Below are positions 13,681 to 26,269 of a DNA stretch of 64,000 nt, in pieces. The DNA lies in the NCBI GenBank assembly GCA_951406725.2, contig OX597829.1:23436001-23500000 (forward strand). The letters are read 5' to 3'. The translations under genes and the position numbers were made by a program. How positions within the stretch are numbered: position 1 is the first letter of the stretch; each line of letters opens with the position of its first letter. This stretch comes from Octopus vulgaris (Eukaryota). The notes beneath the pieces were generated by a model that ran no database searches, was not told the DNA's origin, and saw nothing but the letters and a program-made list of their open reading frames with translations.

Positions 13681-14261
13681 TCTACAAATTTATTATACCG
13701 CTACTCTCCATCCTTCCTCTATTGCCACTTATAACCTCTTCCTCCTCTTCCTTCCTGAGCTACTTCTTTTACCCTCCCCCTTCCCAAACTGATATTTACC
13801 ATCGATCACACCTCTAACCTAGTTTCATTCATTACATTCACTTCTCCTCCCATCTCTAACCATTTGTCACTCTTCACTCACACTCAATGAACTTATCCAC
13901 ACCACTCTCCAATTTTTTTATTATTTTTATCTGTATGCTCTCTTCTACTTAACTTTTTGTATCTTAAAGTACATTCTGACACCTTACCACCATCATCACT
14001 GTCTTCTTTCCAGCTACTCCCCACCCACTCTTATAAATTGTGGGACAGCCATCCTCTATCTCCTCTATGACAACACATCTCTACATGTTTCTCTATCATA
14101 ATTTAGTCTCTCAACACCTGACACAAAGCCATCTCCTCCTTCACTATAGACCTTAAGTGGGGTTTCTCCTTTGTCTCATGAGTTAAGTGCTAAACTCAGT
14201 AGTACCTATATTGTAAAAAAAAAAGATTACACTGTGTAAAATTGTTGGCAGGTATAAAATA

Positions 14262-14657
14262 GGTGCAGGAGTGGCTGAGTGGTAAGTAGCTTGCTTACCA
14301 ACTACATGGTTCTGGGTTCAGTCCCACTGCGTGGCACCTTGGGCAAGTGTCTTCTGCTATAGCCTAAAGCCTTATGAGTGGATTTGGTAGACGGAAACTG
14401 AAAAGAAGCCCGTCATATATATGCATATATATATATGTGTGTGTGTGTGTGTTTGTGTTTCTGTGTTTGTTCCCCCAACATCGCTTGACAACTGATGCTG
14501 GTGTGTTTACGTCCCCATAACATAGTGGTTCGGCAAAAGAAACCGATAGAATAAGTACTAGGAAAGAATAAGTCCTGGGGTCGATTTGCTCGACTAAAGG
14601 AGGTGCTCCAGCATGGCCACAGTCAAATGACTGAATTAAGTAAAAGAGTAAAAAAAG
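14262..14657 (+). mobile_element. SINE family C
   Basis: Full head to tail; inverted relative to the copy at 15473. Confidence 0.85.
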
Positions 14658-15472
14658 AATATCCAGCTGTAGAAATCATGACAAAACAAGACACCTGTTT
14701 CTGTCCATCTGTTATACTTTAATGTTTCATCACCTGGCTCAAGGCCACCTTCCTCAATTGTACACCCTCTCAGTTGAGAGGGTCTTGTCTTGTAAGTTAC
14801 TTGTTGACATTATTGGTTCCAGTACATTTTGTAAAGTTGTTGGCATCAGGAAGGGCAGCCAACCAGAGAAACCATGACAAAGCAGACACCAGAATTTGAT
14901 GTATTCCTGTTCATTGGATCATCTCAAGCTGTCTAATCTTTGCCAGCATCAAAGACAGATGTATGTTAAATGATGATGAAGATGATGATAACAGCAGAGT
15001 ACCTCTTTGCTTGTAATTTCTAAATGGAATCTTACCTTCACTGCTGTATTTGGAGCAAGTGACAAAGTCCACATATTCTCATGTCTTGCTTGGTCCCCAC
15101 CCCACCCCACACCAATTCTTTACTATGAACTACACAAAGTTCATCTTAATGTGTATTTCATTGGAGGAAACAGATCCAATAGTCCTTATATCATCTATTT
15201 TGGCATTCTTTTCTGACCTTCCTCTTCCACAATTGTTTGTTTTATTAAGTAAGACTCAGTGCTGCCAAACTCTAGATAGCTTTTCATGGTATTGTTTAAC
15301 CCCATTCAGTCACGGATCAAAAAGTAAAACTACTTTTTAATTTTAATTTTTTTTATTTATACCAAAATACAGGTAACTAACACATATTGAATAAATTTTT
15401 AAAGAATTCAATATTCAAATTGCTTAATTTTAGGCATGGATAAATAATAAATAAAAATTTTGCTAACACTAC

Positions 15473-15866
15473 TCTTTTACTTGTTTCAGTCATGTGACTG
15501 TGGCCATGCTGGAGCACTGCCTTTAGTCGAGCAAATCAACCCCAGGACTTATTCTTTGTAAACCTAGTACTTATTCTATCGGTCTCTTTTGCCAAACCGC
15601 TAAGTTACGGGGACGTAAACACACCAGCATCAGTTGTCAAGCAATGTTGGGGGTGCAACACAGACATACACACACACACACACATATATATATACATATA
15701 CATGACGGGCCTCTTTCAGTTTCCGTCTACCAAATCCACTCACAAGGCTTTGGTCGGCCCGAGGCAATAGAAGAAGATACTTGCCCAAAGTGCCACGCAG
15801 TGGGACTGAACCCGGAACCATGTGGTTCGTAAGCAAGCTACTTACTACACACCCACTCCTACACCT
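15473..15866 (-). mobile_element. SINE family C
   Basis: Reverse complement of family C. Confidence 0.85.
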
Positions 15867-16339
15867 AGGTAAAAAAAAAAATTACCAATTTACTTACATC
15901 TGTGAGATTTATGGGAAGACGCAGCCATCTTCTATGACTTGTAAGTAAACACTAAGTCAGAATCACGTGGTTTTGGTTATATATATGTGTTTTAGAGATG
16001 TCTGATGAATCGATATGTGACTCAACTTAATTATAATTTATATTTCTTTTACAATTTATGCTGAAAAATTGTCCAATACATTGGACAAAGTGATTGAAGG
16101 GATTAAGCTTTTGTTCTTGTTGCTAAAGTTGGTTGTGCTGGTAGTGATTGTGGATGTATTAGCGTTGGTTGTGATTAACTCTTTAGCATTCAAATTATTC
16201 TGTCAAATGTAATTCTTACTTATTCACATTGTTTTGAATCAATCATGCATTATACTGTTCCTTTGAGATTTCAATGATGTGGTTGTTTAATTTTAGAATG
16301 ACATTGCAGGGCACGTGTGAGAGGCTGGATCCAGTTAAT

Positions 16340-19300
16340 TTAACCGGACCATCTGTCCAGCATCCCATGACACTCTTGGATGGCATGGACTTGCCTCTCC
16401 AAGTGCTGAGTTGCAAGCCCACCGACTTTTTCCATGTTAATTTTGGCTCCTGTCACCACTTCATATTCGTTTAGTGTGTCTCCAATTAGGTCGATATGCC
16501 TTTGGTTCAACACTATCATGGTGATGTCATCGGCATCAGCAGACATGCTCTTCACACACACCCTAGATTATGGAGGACACACCTCAATGCCTCCAACTTC
16601 CACAGTAATGGCTCGAGAGACAATTCATAGAGAAGGGAGGAGAAAATGCATCCTTGGCAGACCGAGCACAAGATGCTGAACAGCTCTGACAGGTGACCGT
16701 TCACCCATATAACCGAGCAGATGCTGCTGTACAAAACAGTGAACCACCCATGGAAGACTGGACCAAAACCAGCTGCCTTGCGAAGTATCAATGGTCAACT
16801 GTATCAAGGGCTTTAGACTTATCAAAATTGATCAAAGCCTCACCCGTGCCAGCTTCATTACCCATCCTTTCTATGATGTAGTGCATAAGGTGAAGGTTGT
16901 CGCTAATAGACCTGGTTGGGATGGCACATGTTTGCACCTTGCCAATCAGCTTGTCCATGACAAGCACCAACCTCTTGACTAACACCTTGACCAAAATCTT
17001 CAACTCTGCATTGAGCAGAGTGATGGGCCTGAAATTTTCTATAATGTCCCCCTTGATTGGGTCCTTTCTCAGCAGTGTCACCACTCCTTGACAAACAAAA
17101 GCTGGAATTCTTCGGCTTTGTTGCCAGTTGCGGTAGATGTCTGCTAAGAGGCCCGCAAAACAAGTCTGGCACTAAAATATAAAGCTCATAGGGCAGACCA
17201 TCCAAACCCAGTGATCTGCCTCTCATGCAGTTTTTCATAGCTTCCTGTACTTCCCAGGTCTTTCGCACTCTGCCTCATTTACTGAGAGTCACAGCAGGCC
17301 GTCCAGGTACACACCAAAATCTGCCCCATTATCTGTCCTACCATTTGTCCCAAACAGTTGAGTAAAGTGCTGCAGCAAGGCCACATACATCTACTTTGGT
17401 TTGAACACCACACACCCATTCTGGTCCACCAAAGACCAAATGCTGGCTTTGTTGCCACATTTAGCCTCTGCCAATCAGGCCCATCGAATGGCTTTAGTCC
17501 CCTCCCTGCTTACTGAATGTGGCTTAGCTCTGACAATGTAGCCTCCATGTTTGGCACCGAAGTGTTGGTCTAGGGCCAACCTTGCCACCAACAAGTCAGT
17601 CGCAATGCCTGTCCTAAGCACCACATCTCCCTCTATTTTATTTATTTCTACAGCTAATGTCTTACTAAACCTAATTGATTCTATTCTAATTGCCCTCTTA
17701 AGACCAAACCACCAGTTGTTGTTGACAATTACCCCTGTCAATGCATACTAATCTGGTCTTTGCAAGCTTTGCACGCCAGTAATGATGTGTTAAGCTTCTT
17801 ATTTCTTTACTGCCCACAAGGGGCTGCGCACAGAGGGGACAAACAAGGAGAGACAAACAGATTAAGTTGATTATATTGACCCCAGTGGTACTTATTTAAT
17901 CGCCCCCGAAAGGATGAAAGGCAAAGTCGACCTCGGCGGAATTTGAACTCAGAACGTGGCAGCAGATGTTATACAACTAAGCATTTTGCCTGGCATGCTA
18001 ACATTTCTGCCAGCTCGCCGCCTTCTAGTAAACAGGACCCTGTATATGCCGCTTATCTAAGTCAACCATACAGTTCATGAATTTATGGTCTGTGTAGCCG
18101 ACTATGAAATTGTGGACACCCTACACTGTCTTTATCCATTGGCCTCAGAAAACTATATCTAGATACGATCTGTGTGACCTGATGCGGTTTGTCCAAGCCC
18201 ACATTGGTACATTCGGGTTATCTAGTTGGTATCTGTCAGACAGTTGAAAGCGTCTGAGCAGGTTGGTGAAGCTTTTGCATCCCCCTCTCCTATCAGATGC
18301 TCCCACTCCCATGTGATCAAAATGTTTGTCTAAGACAGCATTCCAATCACCTACTAGCACTAAAGTGCAAGACATTCCCAGGAAAACCTCAAAATGCTTG
18401 AAATAATCCACCCCCCTGCCCCTTTTAGAGCAGCCACCACTGCTGTTCACAACCAGGACCATTAACTTACCTTCTGGATTGCCTTTATTTTCAGACCCAG
18501 GCCTTTCCGGAAAAGCACCACAGTACCACCACCACCCACTCCTCGACAACACAAAGATAGAAAAATCTCATATCCACCAGAAAGGGCTGTGAGGTCCCAT
18601 GGGTCGAAAGGCCTGGTTTCACTAATGGCTGCTACATCCTCACTGAAAGATCTCAGGTTGTTTAAGAGATGACCTTGTTTCCAAAGCAACCTGAAGCCCC
18701 TGACATTTATGCTACCAATTCTGAGCACAACCATGTTGAAAGTTTTTTTACAAAGTAGAAAAGCTCTATGTACTATTCTTGTCTGTGGGGTGACCCCTTG
18801 TGCTTTGGTGTGGGTATTTCCACAAGATTTTTAAATATTTTTTTTTGGTGAATGTTTTTTGAAGTGACCCAACATCTTGTGGAAATTTTGTTTTAAAAGT
18901 ATTGTAATTGTGTTGTGTGATCTTGAAAATTAGTATGTGTGGTGGTGGTGGTGTGTTGTGTGTTGGGATAAGAAAGTCTTCCATTGTGGTGTCTTGTGTT
19001 GTCTTTCAGAAATGTGACCAGGTCTTCATTGTTTAGATTTATGGCTGTGATGTTTGTAGTGCTGGTGGGGGTCTGTGCGTGCTGTAATTTGTGTTGGTGT
19101 TTGAGGTGTTAGTGCTGGTGAAGGTGGTGTTGTTGTGTGTGCATGTTGTTGCTGCTGTTGGAAATATCTGCTTCTTTGTGCCTCTCCATCTTTTCAATTG
19201 TCTTTCTGCTCCTTTTCTTTCTTTTCGTTTTTGGAGGCACTGTATGCCATTCATTCTTCTCACCATCAGTACTCGAACTGTCCAAGTTAGTTTGATCAGG

Positions 19301-19390
19301 AAGGGGAATGTCGTTTGTGGGTCTTCATCGGCTGCAGTTGCTTGTGGTGTTATTGCTCTTCAAGACATGTCCCTCTGCTTTGAAAACCAG
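16340..19390 (-). mobile_element. Decayed Tx1/L1-type LINE copy 1 (ORF1 C-terminal part, APE endonuclease, RT); truncated at both ends
   Basis: LRIGSINVRG, AAISET, VLVGDWNAVLD, SYLD (APE); GLDGLPYELY, FRPITLLNAELKILVK, DKSKALDTVDH, VCQGC, ADDIT (RT); many frameshifts. Confidence 0.9.
17800..18022 (-). mobile_element. SINE family M, tail A, nested in Tx1 copy 1
   Basis: Reverse complement of the 10919 element; interrupts the LINE ORF2. Confidence 0.85.
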
Positions 19391-19395
19391 TAGTA

Positions 19396-19728
19396 GTCCG
19401 GGATCCGGGACCCCCTTCGGTCATGACACTGACCATGGGATTGCACTTAGAAAGTTACCCTCCTAGTCACAAGTCTGGGCATGGTTGTTTATGGAAGACC
19501 AGCAGTCGCCCATGCATACCAGCCTCCCCTCTCCACGCCACCAGTGTTATTCAAGGGAAAGGTAAAGGCCGATACAGCTTGGCACTCATGACGTCGCAAC
19601 TCATTTCTACAGCTGAGTGAACTGGAGCAACGTGAAATAAAGTGTCTTGCTCAAGAACACAACATGCAGCCCGGTCCGGGATTCAAGCTCACAACCTCAC
19701 GATCGTAAGCTCGATGCTCTAACCACTG
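19396..19728 (-). mobile_element. tRNA-derived SINE with 10-bp TSD; related copy at about 25600-25937
   Basis: TSD ACCAGTAGTA at 19386-19395 and 19729-19738. Confidence 0.8.
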
Positions 19729-19735
19729 ACCAGTA

Positions 19736-19767
<32 letters not shown>

Positions 19768-20021
19768 CCTTTCTACTACAGGCTCAAGGTCTGAAATTTT
19801 GGGGGAGGGATTAAATTGATTGCATTGGTCTCAGTACTCAACTGGTACATAATTTATCAACCCCAAAAGGATGAAAAGGCAAAGTCAACCTTGGCAGAAT
19901 TTGAACCCAGAATGTAAAGCATTTTGCCTGCCACTAAGCAGTTTACCCACCACTAAGCATCTTGCCTGGCATGCAATGATTCTGTCAGCTCACTGCCTTG
20001 ATGATGATGATGATGATGATG

Positions 20022-20383
20022 ATTAAATATAAGGACCTGGAAATCGAAATACAAAAGATGTGGAATCTTAAAACAAAAACTGTTCCTGTTATTGTAGGTG
20101 CCCTAGGTATGATAAAAAAGGGATGTCAGAAACACCTAGACAATATCCCTGGAGAACCATGTCTCATAGAAATCCAAAAGATTGTGCTAACAAGTACTGC
20201 CACATCCTTAGAAAAACACTATCAATGTAAATGTTTGTGTTGTATTACATGGAGATATTTCTCTACTTCCCCTCCCCAAGCTTACAGCTATATTTCAACA
20301 ACTCTTAACCTTCACTTGCCCTAGGGCGCTGGGTGTGCCCCGGCAAGTGATTGCATCAAACATGCAGATTAAAAGTAAATGAC

Positions 20384-20385
<2 letters not shown>
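20022..20385 (+). mobile_element. R4/Dong-clade non-LTR retrotransposon 3' fragment (restriction-like endonuclease C-terminus)
   Basis: KYKDLEIEIQKMWNLKTKTVPVIVGALG...IQKIVL..TA; ends in (AAT)n. Confidence 0.8.
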
Positions 20386-20420
<35 letters not shown>

Positions 20421-20930
20421 CTGATTGGAAGTGTTATCATGTACATTGTTTTGTCTTGGTATAAAAGATAGGCTACAGAAAATATTCTGCTCAATACAAC
20501 AGATTTGCTTGCCAGTTGATCATGTCCCTTAGTGGCTGACAATATGTGCATCTCTGATCATGAGCATAAGTAGTGGGGGAGCATCATAGCCATGTGTTGA
20601 GAGGGATTCTTTGGGGTTTGAATAATTCACCTCTGGAAACATGGGTGTTTCATTCAACATCCTTAAACAATCCTTATTAAGGGGCCTTTTGAGTGGGATG
20701 GGCTACTTGACTAAAAGAAAATTCTAACTGGGCTCCACCTGCAAGGTCATGCGCTGTTTATCTTGATATGAGATCACCATGTCACGCACATATGGTTGTG
20801 ATGCATGTGCCTGGTGTGCCCTTATTAGACGGGTAGTCATGAGGGTATAATGGGCTTCGTATATTTTACCCCAGTGTCACTTTGATGGTATGAACTGCTC
20901 TCTCACTCATTAAAAATAATAATAGTAATG

Positions 20931-23900
20931 ATTTCTTTTATTTGTCATCAGGGCAAAAGATGAGAGGAACAATGAGACAATACAAAGACAGACATAACGT
21001 AATGGAATCATCATCATCATCATCGTCGTTTAACGTCCATTTTCTGCACTAGCATGGGTTGGACGGTTCGACCGGGATCTGAGAAGCCAGGGGCTGCACC
21101 AGGCTCCAGTCTGATCTGGCAGAGTTTCTACAGCTGGATGCCCTTCCTAACGCCAACCACTCCGCGAGTGTAGTGGGTGCTTTTTACGTGCCACCTGCAC
21201 AGGTGCCAGGTGGGTCCGGCATCAGCCACGATCGGTTGGGGCTTTTAACATGCCACCAGCACGGATACCAGCCAAGGTGGCACTGGCAACGGCCACGTTC
21301 GGATGGTGCTTTTTATGTGCCACTGACACAGAAGCCAGTCGGGGCGGCGCTGGCATCAGCCACGTTCGGATGGTGCTTTTTATGTGCTACCGGCACAGAA
21401 GCCAGTCGAGGCGGCGCTGGCAACGGCCACGTACGGATGGTGCTTTTTATGTGCCACCGGCACAGGTATCACAACTACTATTTCCATTGATATTTATTTC
21501 GATGTTCATGGAATGATAAAATAAAAAGTATACATGGCATACAATAGAAGTGAAGTATACATAGCATGTGACACTAGAAAAAGAGGGGGGGAAAGTAATA
21601 TTGATGGGAACCCCCTGATACAGGAGGACTTCTAGGGATAATCAAGGAACCCCTTCCATCCAAGATCACCCTGAATACCAAAGACGAAAGCCCTCTCCAA
21701 CTTCTTTCTTCTGATTCACAGGCCTATACTGAGAGTTGTACCATCCACTCTTGCCATTTTCACAGGGCCCCACTGAAACCAGTTTTAATCCTAGCCCTCT
21801 CTATGATGTATCGCATAAGGTGAAGGTTGTGGTGGATAGACCTGCTTGGGATTGTGTACGTTTGTGTCTCCCTGACCAAACTACCAATGACAAATGCCAA
21901 CCTTTCCGCTAACACCTTAGCCAAAATTTCTGTGTTTAGCAGAGACATGGGCCAAAAATTCCCTATTGTCGGTGTCCTTTCTTAGCAGTGTTACTACACC
22001 ACGGCTAACAGCACTAGGAATTCTCCCACTCTGCTCCCAGTTATTGTAGACACCTGCCAAGAGGCTGCCAAACAAATCTGGCATGGAAACATAGAATTCA
22101 TAGCGTAGACCATCCAAACTGGGTGATCTGCGACTTGTGCAATCGCTCATTGCCTCCTGTATTTCAGATGCTGTAATTAACTTTTCACAGAATCTTGTGT
22201 TCATCATCAAGAGCCATGGTAGGCCGTTTAGGTACAAAGTAAAGTTCACTCCTGTCATCAACCCATCACCTTCCCCAAACAGCTGCTAGGAAGCCCCACA
22301 CATCTGATCAGAACCAAGTAGCACACGTCCATCCTGATCCATCAAAGACTTCATCATGATTTTGTTTCCACGTCACATCTCTACCATTCAGGTCCATCAG
22401 ATGGCTTTAGTTCCTTTGTGTTTTAGCACACAGGCCTTATCTCTGATAACACACCCTTTGTGTTTCACCTTAAAGAAATGGTCAAGGGTCATTCTCGCTG
22501 CTAACATGTTGGTCTTGATGCCTTTACTAACAGCCTCTTCTAGTTTGCTAACTAGTTCTTCCTCTAATCTATTTCTTTCTATTGCTAAATCTTTGCTAAA
22601 CACTATCTAATCACTCTCTTCAGAGAGATCTACCAGTGGTTGTTGATGATAGCCCCTATCAACGTCCACTTAACAGTTCATTAATCCAGTCCCTGTAGTC
22701 TTTGCAAGCCAGTACGGAAGCATTCAACTTCCAGTAACCAGGTCCCTGTCTACAAGTCTTATCTAAATCGACTGAGCATATCACAAATTTGTGATCTGCG
22801 TAGCTGGCCAATTTAAATTGTGGACACCCTATGCTATCCCTATCCTCTGACTTAACAAATACTCGATCTAAATTCGATCTGACTGACCCGCTGTGGTTGC
22901 TCCATGTCCACACTGTCACATCATGAAATTCCATTCGATACCTGTCAGAAAACGGGGAAGTCCTGAGCAAGTTTTTAGGGCTTCTAGACCCCCTACTATT
23001 ATGTACTAAACCCACACAGTCCTTCCATGCATCCAAAATACTATTCCAGTCCTCCTATAGTACTAAAGTGCAAAATATACCCAAAAATGTTACTAGAAGC
23101 CTGAAGAAATCTGGCTTTCCAGCCCTTGTTGGGGCATAAACTGTCACCAGTCTAAAGGTGCCACCTTCACTGCCATTCATGTCCAGGATCACCATCCTAC
23201 CATTTGGGTCCAGAAAGACCATACTTAGAGATCTAAGGATTTCCAGAGTAGCACTGCTACACTGCCACCCACACCTGATAGACCACAAGATGAGAATACC
23301 TCATAGTCCTTGAAAATAGATGCTAGAGCATGTTTTCCAGAGATCCTTGTTTCACTAATGGAATCCACATCCAAATCAAGTGACTGGAGATTGTTGAGCA
23401 AGTGACCTTGCTTTCAAGCTGGTCCCAGGCCATGCACATTCACACACCCCATTTTCAGCGATGCTAGTTGGAGAAAGAAAATGAGGAAATTACTCACCTT
23501 GATTTTCAAGAAGCCCAAAAGTTCCAGGCCTCTCTACTGGCGAAAATTTTTTAAAAAGCCCTCCGACAGCTTTTTATCAACAGATTTTTTTTTTTAAATC
23601 ACCACACTTCCTGGGAATTTTTCTATTATAGTTTTATAAACTTCTGACGATGTTTTAATTGATAGTCTGTCCATGGAGGTTTTGAGGATAAAATCCTCAA
23701 ATTCTTTCCTTGTTTTTATTTTGATTTACAAAATCCATCAATTCACTGCTATACTTGTTCACAACAGTGAAATTGATGGGTATATTTCATCTACAGTCTG
23801 ATAAATACTTTTGAAGTTCTGTAATTGGTTGTTTCTGTGATTTCATGCTGTTGTTGATGGTGTTGCTGTTTTTGAAGTTGTTGATCTTGTTCTTATTGTA

Positions 23901-25250
23901 GTGGTTGTGAAGTGTGTTGCAGTTGTGGTTTCAAAATAAGTTTTTGCTGATTTCTTGGAGTAGGGCTACATACTTTCCTCCTCTTTCGCCTACCCACTTT
24001 TGTCATTGTGACCCATTGATCGTTCAGCTCTTCTTTCTCCATGTCATTGCAGTTGATGTTGATTTGGGAGGAAGAGCATTCAGGAGAAACTTACTTTTTT
24101 GTGGCAATCGGGGACAGACTCTTTCTTTGTCTTGGTTTGGGAGTGGGTGTGAGCATGGATGTGGGAGCAGGTGAAGGAGTCTTGAGCACTTATTTATGGT
24201 TTTGTGCTTATGGTGTTTGTAATGTTGGCAGCAGTGGGACTTTATTTTTCCTTGTTTCAGGACAGGAAGCTTTTAAGTGATTTACAGATCCACATGTGTG
24301 ACATCTTGGCTCACTGACAGGTGAGTAGCATCCAAGAGATCAATTAGATTGGGCAGCTGGTCGATATGGTCCTTCTATTGCAAGGTCAGTTCCATGCCTA
24401 TACCCAACCAGTTTTGGAAAGGTAGTTTCTTGACCTCTAATATTGTCATTTCGTCTTCTTCTAAACCTGCCAAGACGGCTGCCACTAACCAGGTAATAGA
24501 TATTTCTGACAGCACATTCAGCACCCTAATCTTGGCAAGGCATTAGCCATGATTGTTGGAGATTGAGAAAAAGTTGTCATTTCTCAAAGCGGTCGTGGAA
24601 TTGCACCTGGCTTCTTCTTCTTCAGGCTCAAATCTCACCTCAATAGTTCCAAACTTCTTTCCTCGGGTGATGTGGGTCTTTTGTTCCCACACACGCCCAA
24701 AGCCTTTTTGTACTTTACTCACAGGAGCATTTTCCACTCGCCAAGACTTGACTCCAATGCACCGATATGTTACCATGCGTCTTACGATATTTTTTATCAC
24801 ATCAGATGGAGGGTTTAGATCTACCCTTCTCCTATCTCCTTTTACAATTTTTCTTGCCAATATTAATTCTTCTTCATCTATGTGGAAACTTTCCATATTT
24901 CCCACTGCTGACGCAAAAGATGCAGAGGCAATATTTGCATGTTTGTTGTTGCTGTCACTGCTACTGCTGTTGCAGGTTGCTGGTGTTGTTCTCGTTGTTG
25001 ACACTGAAAGTTTTGACCAGTTGATATTCATATTCTCAATTCTTTCTTTGTTCTCATTTTTTCCCTGACAAGAAGTGCATTCCTTTGTCAAACATTATGA
25101 TGGCTTCTTTATCAGCCGTCTTTATATAATTACAGAAAATTGCAAAATATTCGTTTTTGCTGAAAGCATTTAAAATTCAAAAATTATAGTAGTGCATTCC
25201 CTGCAAAACAGGGGTGTTTCTACACAAAAGTACTATCTGCGCAGTCCAGA
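20931..25250 (-). mobile_element. Decayed Tx1/L1-type LINE copy 2: ORF1 with CCHC knuckle, APE, N-terminal RT, internal deletion, ORF2 end and 3' UTR
   Basis: ORF1 PRCHTCGSVNHLKASCP (about 24258-24308); LKMGCVNVHGL, VYAPT, SNLDRVF, DHK, GPGYWKLNAS, SPSLDGL, LLNTEILAKVLAERL. 5' boundary approximate. Confidence 0.88.
21009..21507 (-). mobile_element. RTE-type LINE 3' UTR fragment with (GAT)n tail, inserted in the Tx1 3' UTR
   Basis: TSD ATGGAAT at 21002-21008 and 21508-21514; same sequence follows the RTE ORF at 55030-56075. Confidence 0.75.
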
Positions 25251-25939
25251 AAATCTCAGAAATGTAATGATAACAATAGAAATGAAAAGACCGGGCCTTA
25301 GAAGGCTGAAAAGATTACAAACAATTTTTCAACTTATGGAGCACCAAATTTCCGTGATTTCACAGTATGGCAGCCATAATAATAAAAATAACAATAATAA
25401 TGATAGTAATAATAATTTTATCTACTATAAGTACAAGGCCTGAAACTTTGAGGGAGTGGAATAGTTGATTACAGTGACCCCAATACTCAATTGGTACTTA
25501 TTTTATTGACCCCCAAAAGGCAAAGTTGACCATAGTAGAATTTGAATTCAGAACATAAATACCACTAAGCATAATGATAATAACAATAATAATAAAAATA
25601 AGGGTAAAGATCCTCTTTGGTCATGAATGATTGTGGGAATGCACCTAGAAGGTTTCCCACTGAGAACAAGTCCAGACAAGATTGTTTATGGAAGACCAGC
25701 AGTTGTCCATACATACCAGCCTCTCCTCTCTACATCAACAATATTGTCCAAGGGAAAGGCAAAGACTGATACAGCTTGGCACCGGTGACATTGTAACTCA
25801 TTTTTAAAGATCAGTGAATTGGAGCAACATGAAATAGAGTGTCTTGCTCAAGAACACAACACACAGCCCAGTCTGCGAATCGAACTCACTACCTCATGGC
25901 TGAGCCTGACACTGTAACCACTGAGCCATGAGCCTTCAC

Positions 25940-25988
<49 letters not shown>

Positions 25989-26111
25989 TTTAATGGTAAT
26001 GATACTGATGATGAAGATGAGACATAAATGGCACTGATGATGGAGATGCAGAAATGGTATGTATATATATATATACATTCCTATCACAATATTTTTCTTT
26101 TACTGCAATAA

Positions 26112-26269
26112 TCAACTGGAAATAGCAGTATTTGTAGGAAGAGTTCCAATCAGTAAGTTATTTTTGGGTGTACAAGTCTGTGGCACCAATGAGCACAATA
26201 TAACATCATAACCATGTTCTGATGCATATTGAAGGCGATCTGTGTCAACAAGATCCATACAATAGCGAC
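26112..26269 (-). CDS. GSTCD: GSTCD last coding exon: [20 protein letters not shown]...[20 protein letters not shown]
   Basis: ttttccag acceptor, phase 1 start, TGA at 26114-26112. Confidence 0.95.

Noticed and set aside
16002-16008. CTGATGA hammerhead core
   Set aside because: No stem II or GAAA follows.
23464-23497. GTGAGT...pyrimidine tract...CTAG mini-intron between Tx1 ORF1 and ORF2
   Set aside because: Only 34 nt; the AG sits where copy 1 has the ORF2 ATG (CAAC-ATG), so it is probably mutational decay.
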